Virus record (IMG/VR): IMGVR_UViG_3300028805_000116
Strand: one strand, 5' to 3'
Source of the DNA: a virus
DNA: 64,000 bases
Shown here: positions 1 to 11,743 of the stretch, piece after piece
Layout of the letters: the number at the start of each line of letters is the position of its first letter
How positions within the stretch are numbered: position 1 is the stretch's first letter
The notes under the pieces: model-generated
What the model saw: the letters and a program-made list of their open reading frames with translations, nothing else
The model's database searches: none
Told to the model about the DNA's origin: nothing
Program-made: the position numbers and the translations under genes

Positions 1-843
1 AAAATTATATTTTTCTTTTATTTTAAAAGAATATCTTTTTAATTTATTATTAATATTTGTATTTATTTTATTATATTCTTTTAAATGTTTATTTTTAAAT
101 TCTTTTAAATTCTTTATATTATTATTATTTTCTTTAATTAATAATAATTTAAATTTATAATTTTCTTTATTTAATTCTTTATCTAATAATAGATTATAAA
201 TATTTTTTAATTCATCTTTAGTTATTTTATTATATTCTTTAATATAATCTAAAATATATTTATTATTAAAATTTTCTAAAAAATTACTTTTTAATTCTTT
301 AAAATTAAAAGTATTTAATTCATCTAAAGTTTTTAAATCTTTTTTAGAATATAGACTTTTTATTTTACTATTTAAATATTTTAGATTTAAAAAATAATCT
401 TTATCTAAAAAATTTAAAATAAAATAATTAATAATAGATTCATAAATACTTTTATCCATTGAATCTAGTTTTTTTCAGACTTTATCTATATATTTTTTAT
501 CATTTATTAGATTTATTTTATTTTCATCTAGAATTTTAATAAAATTTTCTAGATTATAAATATTAAAAAATTTATTTTCTAAATTTTCATCTATTAATTT
601 TTTTCTTTTTTCTTTATTTTCTTTAATATCTATTTTATTATTAATTAAATAATCTAATTCTATTAATTTATTAAAATTTTCTAAATTTTCTTTATTTTCA
701 TCTAAAAATTTATTAATATTTTTTTCATCTATTTTATTATATTCTTTTAGATCTATTCAATTTAAAGAATAATTAATTTTTAAATTAGATTTATATTCTA
801 ATAATTTAGAATTTTTAGATTTTAAATATTTTTTATCATACAT
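1..843 (-). CDS. Hypothetical Asn/Lys/Ile-rich protein, 3' part running off the left edge of the window. Region is ~12 % GC. In-frame TGA codons (reverse-complement 'tca') are read as sense.
   Basis: ATG at 841-843 on the minus strand. The frame stays open to position 1 only if TGA is read through. Composition is completely unlike the rest of the window. Confidence 0.35.
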
Positions 844-882
844 TTTTATAATAATTAAATAATAAAAAGTTTTTAAATAGTT

Positions 883-1107
883 TTAATTAGTTTTTAATAC
901 TTTAATTTTTTTAGATTTTTTATTCATATATTTATAATCTAATAAATATTTATCTATTATATTTATATTTATTAAATAAGTATTAAATAAATTTAAATAA
1001 TTTTTTTTATCTATCATTTTATTATTAAATAAAATTTTTAATTCTTTTATATCTTTTAAATAATCTTTTTTTAAATTATATAGATTTAGATATTTTTTAA
1101 TATTCAT
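883..1107 (-). CDS. Small hypothetical AT-rich protein (74 aa)
   Basis: ORF in the six-frame track ending in a genuine TAA. Same orientation and composition as the flanking AT-rich ORF. Confidence 0.35.
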   Translation of the reverse strand: MNIKKYLNLYNLKKDYLKDIKELKILFNNKMIDKKNYLNLFNTYLININIIDKYLLDYKYMNKKSKKIKVLKTN

Positions 1108-1435
1108 CTTTTTTAAATTAATTAAATAAAAATAAAATTTTCTAGAATAATAATAAAACTTTTAAAGAAAATAAAGTTTTTTTATATACTATATATTTTA
1201 ATATTTTTTTCATAAGTCAAGTATGAATAAATAAATATTATATCTGGATTATTTATATATTTATTATATCTAATTGCAAGAAAAAAAGCAAATTTTTATA
1301 GACTTTTTTATATTTAAAAATATTAATTCTAAACTAGACTTTTAAAAAATCTAAAAAGATTTTTTTCTAAAAAGATTATATTTTTAAATAGATTATTATT
1401 TTTATTTAAAACAATTCTAAAATATAATCCATCTA

Positions 1436-1478
1436 AAAAATAATCTATCTAAAAAATAATCTATCTAAAAATATTTTT
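1436..1478. repeat. Tandem direct repeat, 2 copies of aaaaaataatctatctaaa
   Basis: Two identical adjacent copies in non-coding AT-rich DNA. Confidence 0.6.
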
Positions 1479-1519
1479 TATTAAAATTTTTTTTTCTAAA
1501 AATAAAAACTTTTAAAGAA

Positions 1520-1800
1520 AAAAGACGGGATACAAGCACCCAAACCCCCCTATATGAGCTTTTTGTTGGGGTGTTATACCTTTCTTACAAAATTCACTCT
1601 TTCATAAAAACCCACTCTCTCAAAAAAATACTTTCTTTCAAAAATACACATCTCATCAAAAGAATATAACACCCAATAAAAAATAACCCATATAAAAAAT
1701 TCACTAAAATAGTGAACTTTTCAAAAAAGGCCCCATACATATTAAAAGGTACACCTAAGTAAAGGAGGGCCAATATTATATATCAATCTTTAAAAATGTC
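1520..1800. promoter_or_regulatory. Non-coding, comparatively GC-rich structured region with C/G runs, repeated ttcactc/cccactctc words and a perfect palindrome TTCACTAAAATAGTGAA (1708-1725). Candidate origin, att or operator region.
   Basis: No ORF in any code. Compositional break between the ~12 % GC flank and the ~33 % GC phage body. Inverted and direct repeats present. Confidence 0.35.
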
Positions 1801-1824
1801 AATACCTGTAAAAAGAGATAATAT

Positions 1825-1849
1825 AAAAAAGCTACTCAATGAGAGTAGC
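1825..1849 (-). terminator. Rho-independent terminator for the leftward operon
   Basis: Hairpin gctactc-aatgag-agtagc preceded on the plus strand by A6, which gives a hairpin followed by T6 on the minus strand. Confidence 0.45.
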
Positions 1850-1923
1850 GAATGAGGGATTTATCACATCCTGTATAAAGGATGCGGAATCTCTTTAAAT
1901 ATGGAAGAAACCTTTTTAAAGGT

Positions 1924-2160
1924 CTACTTCAGGGAAGCAAGATACTCTTCCCAAAAACCATTCTTTCAGAAACATAGAATATGTCTTTCACATCTTAAAC
2001 CATATTGTATGTAGTCATCTTCTATATCATCTATTAGATGTCGTCAGAATGATTGGAGGGTAATTAACGCATTTGTTAATTCTTCTGTTTCAACTATTAA
2101 ACTATCCTTTGTCTGAGAAAGGATTATAGTCTTATCAAAGTCTATTGTTCTCTCTGTCAT
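1924..2160 (-). CDS. Hypothetical protein, ~78 aa (MTERTIDFDKTIIL...)
   Basis: Minus-strand frame with ATG at 2158-2160 and TAG at 1924-1926. In-frame TGA read as Gly. Confidence 0.4.
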
Positions 2161-2178
2161 AGATAGATAGTTTAAGAA

Positions 2179-2958
2179 TTAAAATGCAGGTGTATAGGAT
2201 GATGATTTGTAATCACTATCATCTTTTAAATATTCTCAACCCTTGTAGTAGAGTTCAATCTCCTTATCAGGGGTAAACTTATCTTTCATAAGCTTATACC
2301 TCCTATAAGGTACACCATCACAATTACTATCCTTTTCAATTATTATGAATACATTAGATAGGTCCATTATCTTCTGAGTTCATTCCCAGGTTCAATGTCT
2401 ATTGGTGTGGTGTAATACCACTATAGCTATATCTAACTTTTGTGCTAACTCCTGTAATACAGCCATACATTTATTTTGACTCTCCCTAGCATCGTTAGAC
2501 ATATTGTTACCTATTCTAGAGAAGGTATCTATTACAAATAATTCGTAACCCATCATAGCCTTTTCATTTAGAAGGGTTTCTAAAGCATCTAATGAAATTC
2601 ATTGTGCATTATTGTAATAATCAAATTTCTTAAGCATAGTATTCACATAGTTTTGCATATCATTCTTTTCATAGTCTGATAGTTTGTTTAAATCTGTCAA
2701 AGCATCTTTACCTTTTCAATGGAACCGTAACCGTCTTGACTGTCGCATCGTCTCGATAGGAAATTCCAGGTTAATGTAGAAACCTTTTCTTCCTCTCTCA
2801 GCATTTTTACTAATTATATCCATTGCGAAGGTAGTCTTTCAAGAATTACTCTCAGCCACAATAGTGACTAATTCTCAGGACATAAAGCATCAGAAATCAT
2901 TAAAATTCTCTGATGGGTATATGAATCCTTTTTTTGTTTCAAATTGGTAGTCTTTCAT
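2179..2958 (-). CDS. RecA-family ATPase, Sak4-like, ~259 aa. Walker A VTIVAESNSGKTTFAMDII. Walker B LFVIDTF. Also IVVLHHTN.
   Basis: Hand translation of the minus strand. The glycine of the Walker A GKT is encoded by TGA. Bounded by TAA at 2971-2973 upstream and TAA at 2179-2181. Confidence 0.7.
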
Positions 2959-2984
2959 TTTTGTTGGTGGTTATGGGGTAAAAG

Positions 2985-3887
2985 TTATTTTATAACCAAA
3001 TTCACTCTACTTAATTCTCTTCATACATTATGAGCTATCTCTTTAAATTTACTCTCTCAGAACGCTTCCTTTAGTTCTGTACTTCTTTCTTTCATTTTGT
3101 TTAAGTCATCTTTATGCGTCATATGGTATTTGGCTATTTCATATAACCTATCATCCCATTGCCTATCTCAATCCCTATTAAATCCAGACAGATAGGTATC
3201 AAATTTAGGTCGGTATTGTGGGTCCTTTATTCTGTATTTAAATTCAAACTTAAATAACTTCTCATCATATAAGATATCCTGTAACTCCTTTTGAGAGAAG
3301 TTCATAGTATCAAAAAGTTTCCTAGATTTCTTTTCATCCTTTTTTATTCAGTTCTTATGATAGAAGTTTTTATATATATCTTCGAATCAAAGCGCGCTAC
3401 CAACATCATTATATAATCATTGTGTATTAGTTTGTTTAATGTCTTGTGTCTTTTCTTTACCTAAACCAGAAATAACATTAGACTGTGTAGTAGTGGTAGG
3501 TACACGAGATGCTTTAGCATCGAGTGTAGTAATATCATCACACCTTCCCTCACACTCCTTTTCATTATCATTATCATTTACATTATCATTATCATTATCA
3601 TTAGGTTTAGGTTTGGTTATGGTTTGGTTATGGTTTGGTTTTTGTGAGTTATTCCAGGTCTTAGGCGGTCTTCAACCTTTACATCAATTCATATACCTTT
3701 CATTGTTTGCATCTAACTGTGGTTTAATTAGAAGGAACATTCACATCGCAGGCCCATCTGTTTCTATTTCATTTCAATATAATCAATATTGACAAATCAT
3801 ATCAAAAAGTTTCCCTTTATCTTCATTTGTCAGAAATTTAGATGCCTCGTAGAAGCTCCTGTAAAAAACGAAACTCTCTCTCTCCAT
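2985..3887 (-). CDS. Hypothetical replication-associated protein, ~300 aa. N-terminal FYRSFYEASKFLTNEDKGKLFDMICQYGL motif. Internal low-complexity linker TKPKPNDNDNDNVNDNDNEKE.
   Basis: Continuous minus-strand frame from ATG 3885-3887 to TAA 2985-2987, with several in-frame TGA. Sits directly upstream of the RecA-like gene. Confidence 0.5.
3540..3660. repeat. Microsatellite-like tract (cattat)n followed by (ggtttggttat)n, embedded in the CDS above and encoding the ND-repeat linker
   Basis: Visible hexamer and 11-mer tandem repeats. Confidence 0.6.
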
Positions 3888-3892
3888 CTTTA

Positions 3893-4141
3893 TTCTTCCT
3901 TAGGAGATAAAATTTCTTCGCCATTACATAAAGTTATAGTTCAATTCATTGGAACATTTGGTACATTATAGCTATACCCTCGCTCCTTTGTTTCCTTCTT
4001 CCATTTGTTACTATTAAGGTACTTGGTAGTAAATGGAAAAGATGTCTTGTTAATCTTGTCCATTAATTCTGTGTTGTCACAGTTCTTGATGATGAACTCA
4101 ATAATGTCATCAATAGTAATTTCTTTCGCTTCTTTAAACAT
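3893..4141 (-). CDS. Hypothetical protein, ~83 aa
   Basis: Track ORF 3941-4141 extends through an in-frame TGA to TAA at 3890-3892. Confidence 0.45.
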
Positions 4142-4492
4142 TGTAATAATAAATAAGTAATAAAAACGCAGTAAACAAAAAGCCCAACAAAGTCGTCGGG
4201 CACATTACACAAAATTCTCCACTACGTATTATAAGAGGTGTCCGAACTCTGTGTAATACGATGTCAGGCTTTTTGAATTTCTACACTATCCTATTTAGGG
4301 TAGAGAGAAAAAAATTCAAGAGAAATATTCCCCTGTATTTTTAGATTATATAAAAATGTCAAATTTTTATAACATTTTGTTAGGTCAGGTCTGATGTATA
4401 TTTTTTCGAAAATGTCAAATGAAAAATTTTTATAACACGAATAAAAAATATAATCTATTAATATAGAAACATATTTACTACCTATCATCACT
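4142..4492. promoter_or_regulatory. Divergent intergenic region between the leftward and rightward gene blocks. Contains two copies of aaaatgtcaaat(g)aaaaatttttataaca (about 4354-4380 and 4409-4438).
   Basis: Non-coding. Direct repeats lie between divergently oriented genes. Confidence 0.45.
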
Positions 4493-5440
4493 ATGTCGCT
4501 ATTCTCAGATTTTACTCAAGGAGCTATAATTCAAAATCCTAAAGCAACCTATAGTTATAAGAAGGCTTTAGAGATAAAGAAAGAAACTGAACCTGTAAAA
4601 ACCTGGAAAGAAATAAGAAATGAAATGAAAGAGAAACTTACCCCAGAAGAATATAAGAAACGACTATATAAAGAAACCTACCAAAGAAAAAAAGAAGATA
4701 TAGCTAAAAAATATCAGGAAAAGAAAGCCGAGGAAGAAGCTTATATTGAGGAAATATATAAAGAGGTATACGATATATTACCTGAGCCTCAGGATTATGA
4801 TGATATCTTTACACAAAAATATAGATGTGATGATATCGTAAAAGATAGTTACATTTTTTCTTGGTGGAGTTCTAAGTTGGCCCGTATGAATTGGAATTAT
4901 ACACCTAAACAAAAAACTCCATTTAGAATAAGTAAAAGGTATGGAATTGATTTCCCGATAAAAGCTTTAATGTGAATACAAGATAAGGCTTACAATTATT
5001 TAAAACCTCATTTAGAGGAGATAAGGAATTGTAAATATTACTTAAGTAAAAAGCAATATATTTATTCACCTATATATTACATTGATGAGCCATTAAGAAC
5101 GATAGCAGATAATTGACCAGTTAATACTGCTCGCATAATAAATGTAGCAGATTGAATGATTAGGTGAAAATTTATAGCATCTGAATTGTATCTATGAAGG
5201 AATAATTTTATCTTTTGAGATGTGCTGGTTACAAATACCTGAAATACATTTAGGATAGCCTTAGAAAATAACCTGCCTTGGCTAACTAAAGATACTGTAG
5301 AGAAAATACATTCCCTAAGAATGGACTGGTGGAAAAATAAATGAGAAAAAGCTCCACCAATATACATAGTGAATGATGCTTATTTAATCCAGATTCATCC
5401 AAATGAACGAGAAACTTTATATTATATTGTACCAACATAA
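4493..5440 (+). CDS. Hypothetical Lys/Glu-rich protein, 315 aa
   Basis: Track ORF 4493-4975 continues through 8 in-frame TGA to TAA at 5438-5440. The stop overlaps the next start (taATG). Confidence 0.55.
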
Positions 5441-6138
5441 TGCCTAAATATATACCATTAAAAAAATGAGAGAAATTCTGAAAGCTTATTGCTTTATGAG
5501 AATGCGAAAAGAGATTAATATGAAAACAATGAGCTTCTGCTCGATATGAGAAATGTAAATGTACTTGTAAAAAGTGAAAAGAATTACGAGTCGCAAGAAC
5601 ATATTTAAATACTGGCCATACTGTAAGTTGTTGATGTGCGAGGTGAATTCCAAAATTAAAACATTGAGACACGTGAAGTAAATTATATAAAATCTATATG
5701 ACCGCTAAATCTAGGTGTAATAACCCAACTTGCTATAAATATAAGCGATATTGATGAAGGTGAATAAAATTTTTACGAGATAGTTATGAAGATTTTAAGA
5801 GAGATATGTGAGAATGATATTTAGAGCACATAAAAAAATATTGAAAAGAAAATACCCAAATAGATAGAATAGATAATAATTGAAATTACTGTAAAGATAA
5901 TTGTAGACGAGTGACTTGTAAAGAAAATTCAAGGAATAGAAGGAGTAACCATTTAGTTGATTTTCGTGGAGAAAGAATTTCGCTAATAGAGGCTTACGAA
6001 AAAGCTTCTCCTAAAATATCTTTCCCAGTCTTTTTATCTAGAATCTATAATAAGTGATTAGATAAAAACGTAGAATTAGCTTTATATTGAACAAATAAAG
6101 AAATAAGAGACTTTTTATCAGTTAATAGTGAAAAGTAA
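5440..6138 (+). CDS. Hypothetical protein, 232 aa. Position just upstream of terL suggests a possible small terminase subunit.
   Basis: Frame open from ATG 5440 to TAA 6136-6138 when TGA is sense. Translationally coupled to flanking genes. Confidence 0.4.
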
Positions 6139-6139
6139 G

Positions 6140-8293
6140 ATGGCATATGGGTTTTTATATAAAGACTTTGATGCAGACAGGGGGCTATTTTATAATGGAC
6201 AGCCACAGAACTTGAAATATGTCCTAGACCCTAAAGAAGCAGAACAATGGTATGAAAAACACAGAGAATTAATGGTGTCTGTGAATATTAAACGTCCACC
6301 AGATTTAGAAATCCCTGTTCAGATACCATTAGGTACAGGTAAACTCCTTAAACAAGATATAGATGAAAAGTTTTTATCCTTTATCACAAAGGGAGCTGTA
6401 TCAACCCGTATGGAGTTCATCTTATCAAGATTTATGGATAACTATCACCTTGGTACAGATTGAACCTTTTACAGGAGAGAGAAGGAAGATGTATCAGCTT
6501 TAGATAGTACCAGAAATGTCCTGGCACTGTGTATGATGAAAGATATTATCCTATGAATATTTAGGGTTACTCCTTTAAAAATCCCAGCCTGAAAGAATAA
6601 AAAGAACCTTTGAAAGATGGAATATATTGAATGGGATATTGGTGAAGACTTTTCTATTGACTACGAGGTTCAATGAACTAAGTTTACCACAAACCTATTC
6701 TGAGTATATAAGCCTAAATTATTTGAAGCTATGCTTGCAGATACCTGAAGGACATTTAACGGATTCTGTTTACAGCGTTGGCAGATGATGGTTTGGCTCT
6801 TATCAGGTTGAGTTACCTATGTAATTTGACCAAGGTGATGAGGTAAATCATTGTATATTAACGGAGATAGTGCGGGGTATTTACTTAAAGAGATAACAGA
6901 TAGTAATGAACGTATTCAAGAATTTTCAGTTCTCTATATGGGATTATCGCAAAAGCAGAACGCACCATATATGGTTTACTCTCAACAAATGCTTAATAAT
7001 CTTATTGATTTGCCGAGTTTTTGTAACAAGTTACCTGATAGTACAGGTTTATACATCCTCGACGGAGATAAGCAGAGAAAACTTGAATATGTTACAACTA
7101 ATCAGAATGACCCTACTAGGTCAAGACGTACAAGAAAATTCGTTTGAGATGAAGCAGACTATCTTGACTGGGACTATGTAGGTACAGCTATGGCCACAGC
7201 AGATTCATTAGTTACATTAATCTCTACTATCGGTCCTGATACACAAGCTTGAAACTTCTATAAAGGTTGGCTTAATGCTTATAAAAACCAAAGAGATTAT
7301 GAACCTATAGATGTACTTATTCACGATATATGGATTAAATACTGAATGCACCTATGTAAAAGTAGAGCTGATTATATAAAGAAAATTAAGAATTGAGATT
7401 TTGAAAAAATGAGAGCCGAGTTTATTCAGCGTCGCCCAGAGGTAGCCTTACATTTTACTATGGATGATGTTGAGTTTCTTACAGAGGAACAGAGAACAGC
7501 TCAGGTAATTAGAGTTCTAAACGCTAGATGATATGACTATATGCTTGCCGAATACTATGGAGAATATTCCACAGACCAAACTGTATTCAATATTGAGTGA
7601 GTGCAGCTAGCTTGTCCTAGCGATTGTGACTATTGGGTAGTTGGTTATGATGAAGCCGATACCTTCGACAATCCTTGATTATGTATCCTTTGATGTAAAG
7701 ATTGAAAGTATTTCATTAAGGAAACATATAACTTAGCAAAGGAGAGTAATGAAAGATTTGCTAAGATGAAGAGTATTATAACCGATTACAAAAATAAATG
7801 AAAGCCAGTTTACCTTGTGCTTGACGCTTCTAGGTGATGGGCCGCAGCAAGGGAATTATGAATGTTATGAATGCCTTGTGATATGCTTATCAAATGGACA
7901 GGTAATGTTACTTATCAACCTTGAGCTAGGCATAATGTAGGTAAACAACGGTGTATAGAAATGATTAGAAGCAGCTTCTTTGATACCAACCTTATTCATA
8001 TTGACCCAGCTTGTTATGGAGAATGAGGATTAGTTGAGGAGTTGTGACACTTTAAAAAATATAAATCTTCAGCTAGAGGTGAGAAGAAAATTCACGATGA
8101 CCAGGTTTCAGGAATGATGCTTGTGCTTTATTTCGCCTGGTTCCACGACCAGCTAGCAACTAAAGATGTGAATAAACTTTGAAATCAAAAGACTAATGCA
8201 CAAATAGCTGAATGACTTTGGGCTGAGAGATACCAGAAGCCTAAAGAGACAACTTGAGATTTTCTCTCAAATTTAAAGAATAATTTATTCTAA
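6140..8293 (+). CDS. terL: Terminase large subunit, ~717 aa. Walker A VIGPRGGGKS with three TGA-encoded glycines. Walker B KFVGDEADYLDWDY. C-terminal nuclease-like region HDDQVSGMMLVLYFAW.
   Basis: Single frame 6140-8293 joins track ORFs 6128-6463 and 6851-7147. Only TGA interrupts it. Terminates at TAA 8291-8293. Confidence 0.8.
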
Positions 8294-8334
8294 AGTTATA
8301 AAAATTTGCCACTTTTATATAATCTAAATATAGG
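8292..8334 (+). promoter_or_regulatory. Conserved promoter-like motif aaagttata...ttatataatctaaatatagg, copy 1
   Basis: Near-identical motif also found at 24511-24556 and 42386-42430, each immediately upstream of a gene start. Confidence 0.5.
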
Positions 8335-8338
8335 AAAA

Positions 8339-8641
8339 ATGTTATTAGAAAGAAAACAAGAGGTTTTAAAAACCTTAGCAGAAAATTATGTAATTATAAG
8401 AGACGAGGATTGAGAACTCCTCTGTCTTCTCGGAAGAGATGATGAATGATATTTTATCTATTCCCTTGAACAGTACAATATTACCAAATCAGACGCAGAG
8501 GCTTTGTTAGACAAGGCAGCCTGAATTGCGCTAGTTCCAGTGGTTGATGAGAAGATTAAATTACAGTATAAAGAAGAACTAGAAAAACACGAAGCTAAAA
8601 TTAGAAACCAGATAGAGGATGATTACTTTGAAGAGGAATAG
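8339..8641 (+). CDS. Hypothetical protein, 100 aa (MLLERKQEVLKTLAENYVIIRDEDGELLCLLG...). Ends with TAG.
   Basis: ATG 8339, TAG 8639-8641, 3 in-frame TGA. Confidence 0.55.
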
Positions 8642-8664
8642 ATTTATATCATAGTATTTTCTAA

Positions 8665-11600
8665 ATGGGAGTTTGGGATAAAATAAAAAGCTGAGCTAGA
8701 AGTTTGTGGAGTTGAGTAAAAAATTTCTTTTGAGCTTGAGATAACTACGAAGAAGCCGAAGTAAAAACTCAGGAAAACGAAAATAATAAGCAAACCCTAA
8801 ACCAGCAAATACAGAATTGAATATTAAATAGTAATACCACCAACAATACCAACAATACACCAAGCTATAGAAGTGCTATCGCAGACGTTAGAGATAATCT
8901 ATGACAACAATGACAAGAAATAGATACAGTTAATAATCCTATACAGCAAAATACTCCAGAAGTAGATAAAGAAAAAGAACCAAGTATTCTAGATATATTC
9001 ACATCTTGAGAGGCTAGAAAGAAGTTATGGAATGATATTGTTGATGCCCCAGTAAACCTTACTGCACGGTGAGCTAAGAAAATCTGACAATTATCAGACT
9101 TTGTTTGAGATGTCATAGATTCCCGTAGAGCTACAAGTGAATATAATGAGAATGAAAATTTAGTTGCTGTTGGGTATAATAAGGAGAATAAAAATGTACA
9201 GTATCTAGATTTAAACGAGAGCAGATGATTATTCGATAACGACTGGTGAACTAGGAGTTGAACTAGAGATTTATATGATAAATATATGTCTGAATGGTTA
9301 AATACTCTAGATACTCCAGGAATAACTGAAGAACAAAAAGACCAAGCACTTCTTGATTTCTACGATAAAGCCAAAAACTTATTCAGGATAAGAGAGGATG
9401 ATTATTATACAAATTGATTATTTTCTGATTGATTATACCACAGAAGATATGAAATGTATACAGAAGATGAGTTAGAAAAATTATCAAAAACCTGAGACAG
9501 AGAATGAAGATATGTACCAACGTTTGATGAATTCTTAGATTTCGTTTGAGCAGATAATGCTAATAGAGCTAAGAAACAAGAGATATTTGAAAAATATTGA
9601 TTATCTGGAGAAGATGCAGAAGAATGAGAAGATACTGAATTACTTAATTTATCAGAAGATTTTCAGAGCAATTGGAAGTCTAATCTATTAAAAATTGGTA
9701 CACAGGGGTTTGATGAATATTTTGACCCTATGAGAACTGTAAACTGAAATGCTTGAACTGAAGTAGAGCTTTATGCATATTGAATTTTAAACGATAGACT
9801 AGATGCTTTATACACTAGGGTTGCTCCAATATATAATGCGGAAAGAGAAATTCTTAAAAGAGATAAATCTACACGAACTACTTGAGATAAATTCATAATA
9901 GACACAGCCAACAGATTTAGAGAAATGGAGAAGGCTTATGTTGATTGAATTAATGATTGGGTAAGGCAACAAGCATTATACTGAACATCTAAGGATGGGC
10001 ATATGGTTAGGATGCTAGATGTCTTCGAAAATTGAGAATCTCTTGCAGATGTGTTAAATAAAGAAGCTATAGAAGCAAGTTGACAGGAATGGAATCCTCA
10101 TTTGTCTATCCTAGATATTACGGGTAGAATGGCAAATGAAGCATTATATAGCTACACAAAAGACCATAATACTTGATTTTGGGCTCCATTAAAAAACCTT
10201 TGGTCTGATGTTGAATTGTTATTTGAGCCAGTAGGTAGAACATTATGAGAATGATGACAGGCATTATTTTGAATAACAATGGATACACTAAATGGTATAG
10301 TTACTTGACACGATTGAAAATTTGCAGACTATCAAGACCAAGATTTCTCTACTTGATTTATGCTAGAAACTGATGATAGTAATTTTGCTAGAACAGTTAA
10401 AAAATATGCTGTTGAAATTGGAGAGGTAGCGCCTGAAGCATTATGAAACATCGCTCCAGATGTAGCATTAGCTATGGCAACTTGACCTTGAGCTTTAACT
10501 ACAATGGCTAGACACGCAAAGGATTTAAGTAGAGTATATAAATTATCAAGGGAAGCAAAATGAGCTAGTTTCTTAAGAAAAACTTGGGCTGTATTAGCTC
10601 AAAACCCTGCGAAAGCAAGTAGAAGTTTATGACTTGATGTAGGTAAATATACTCAGATTATGTCGACTATTAAAAGCGCAAAGAATGTACCACAAACTTT
10701 AAAGACTTGAGCAGAATTACTAGATAGAGCTACAACTCAATTAGCATTATGACAGTTTATGGATTGACAATGGAGTGCTTATGATACCGAACCATATTCA
10801 AATGCTTCATTCATTATGTCTATGGTATGAAGTACAGCATTCGATGTATTCCCTGAATTATTTAGAGGACTTACCTGAAGATGACGATGGAACACTTTAA
10901 TATGAGATTGAGCCTGAGGTAATATATGGAGTCTTGCTAGATATATAGATAGTTCGCCTGAAGCGGCAGAAAATGTAGCTAGGGCTTTATGAAAGAGGGC
11001 ACAAGATATTTGAGTCGAAGATTTAAAAGCTTATGCTAGAAATTTCTGAGCAGTAGAAGAAGCTGCAAAAAAGGTATATAATCAATTGAGTGATGCTGAA
11101 AAGGCAGCGTTAGGAAAGATGACTAAATCTTTAACTTGGAATTTTATATCTCAAGCGTACTGAGCTAATTCAAATATAGGTAAAAATATCAGACTTATAT
11201 TGGCTAATGGTTCTACAAATATAGCAGATGTATATAAATATCTAGGTAAGATACCTTGAAAGGTGTCTATATGACCATATGTCTCTACTATACAATTAAA
11301 AAACTGAACAAGTGTTAATGTATTATGAACTTGAGAAAAATGAATGTATAATCCAAAATTGGATTCAATATATTCCTGAAATTTTACAACTAAACTTAAT
11401 GATTGATTCACAGATTGAGATATATCTAAATTAGGTAAAACTGATGAATTTGGTGAGTTAAGTAAAAATAAAGATAAATATTTTTATAAAGTTTGAGATA
11501 GATATTATCTAAACGAAGAATGAATTAAGAAACTTTGAATGAAAGCAGAAAATTTAACTTTAGAAGCTTTATGAGTTTCTTTAGCTAGAGCAGAAGATGT

Positions 11601-11733
11601 TAAATGAATATTTAAAGAAAAAATGAAAAACCTTAAAAATAACAACCTTAAGCCTGATACGGTAAATGCAGTAGCAGATACCTGAGCTTATGATGAGGTT
11701 GTATATAAGGTAAAAGAAGTTTTATGATGTTAA
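8665..11733 (+). CDS. Large hypothetical virion-associated protein, ~1022 aa. Portal or other head protein possible.
   Basis: Stop-free frame (TAA/TAG) from ATG 8665 (preceded by in-frame TAA) to TAA 11731-11733. Frame arithmetic is consistent at both ends. Dozens of in-frame TGA. Confidence 0.5.
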
Positions 11734-11743
11734 TATTAATTTA

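Noticed and set aside
1436-1478. Possible CRISPR array in the AT-rich left flank
   Set aside because: Only two 19-21-nt direct repeats with no spacer-like unique sequences of regular length. No cas genes.
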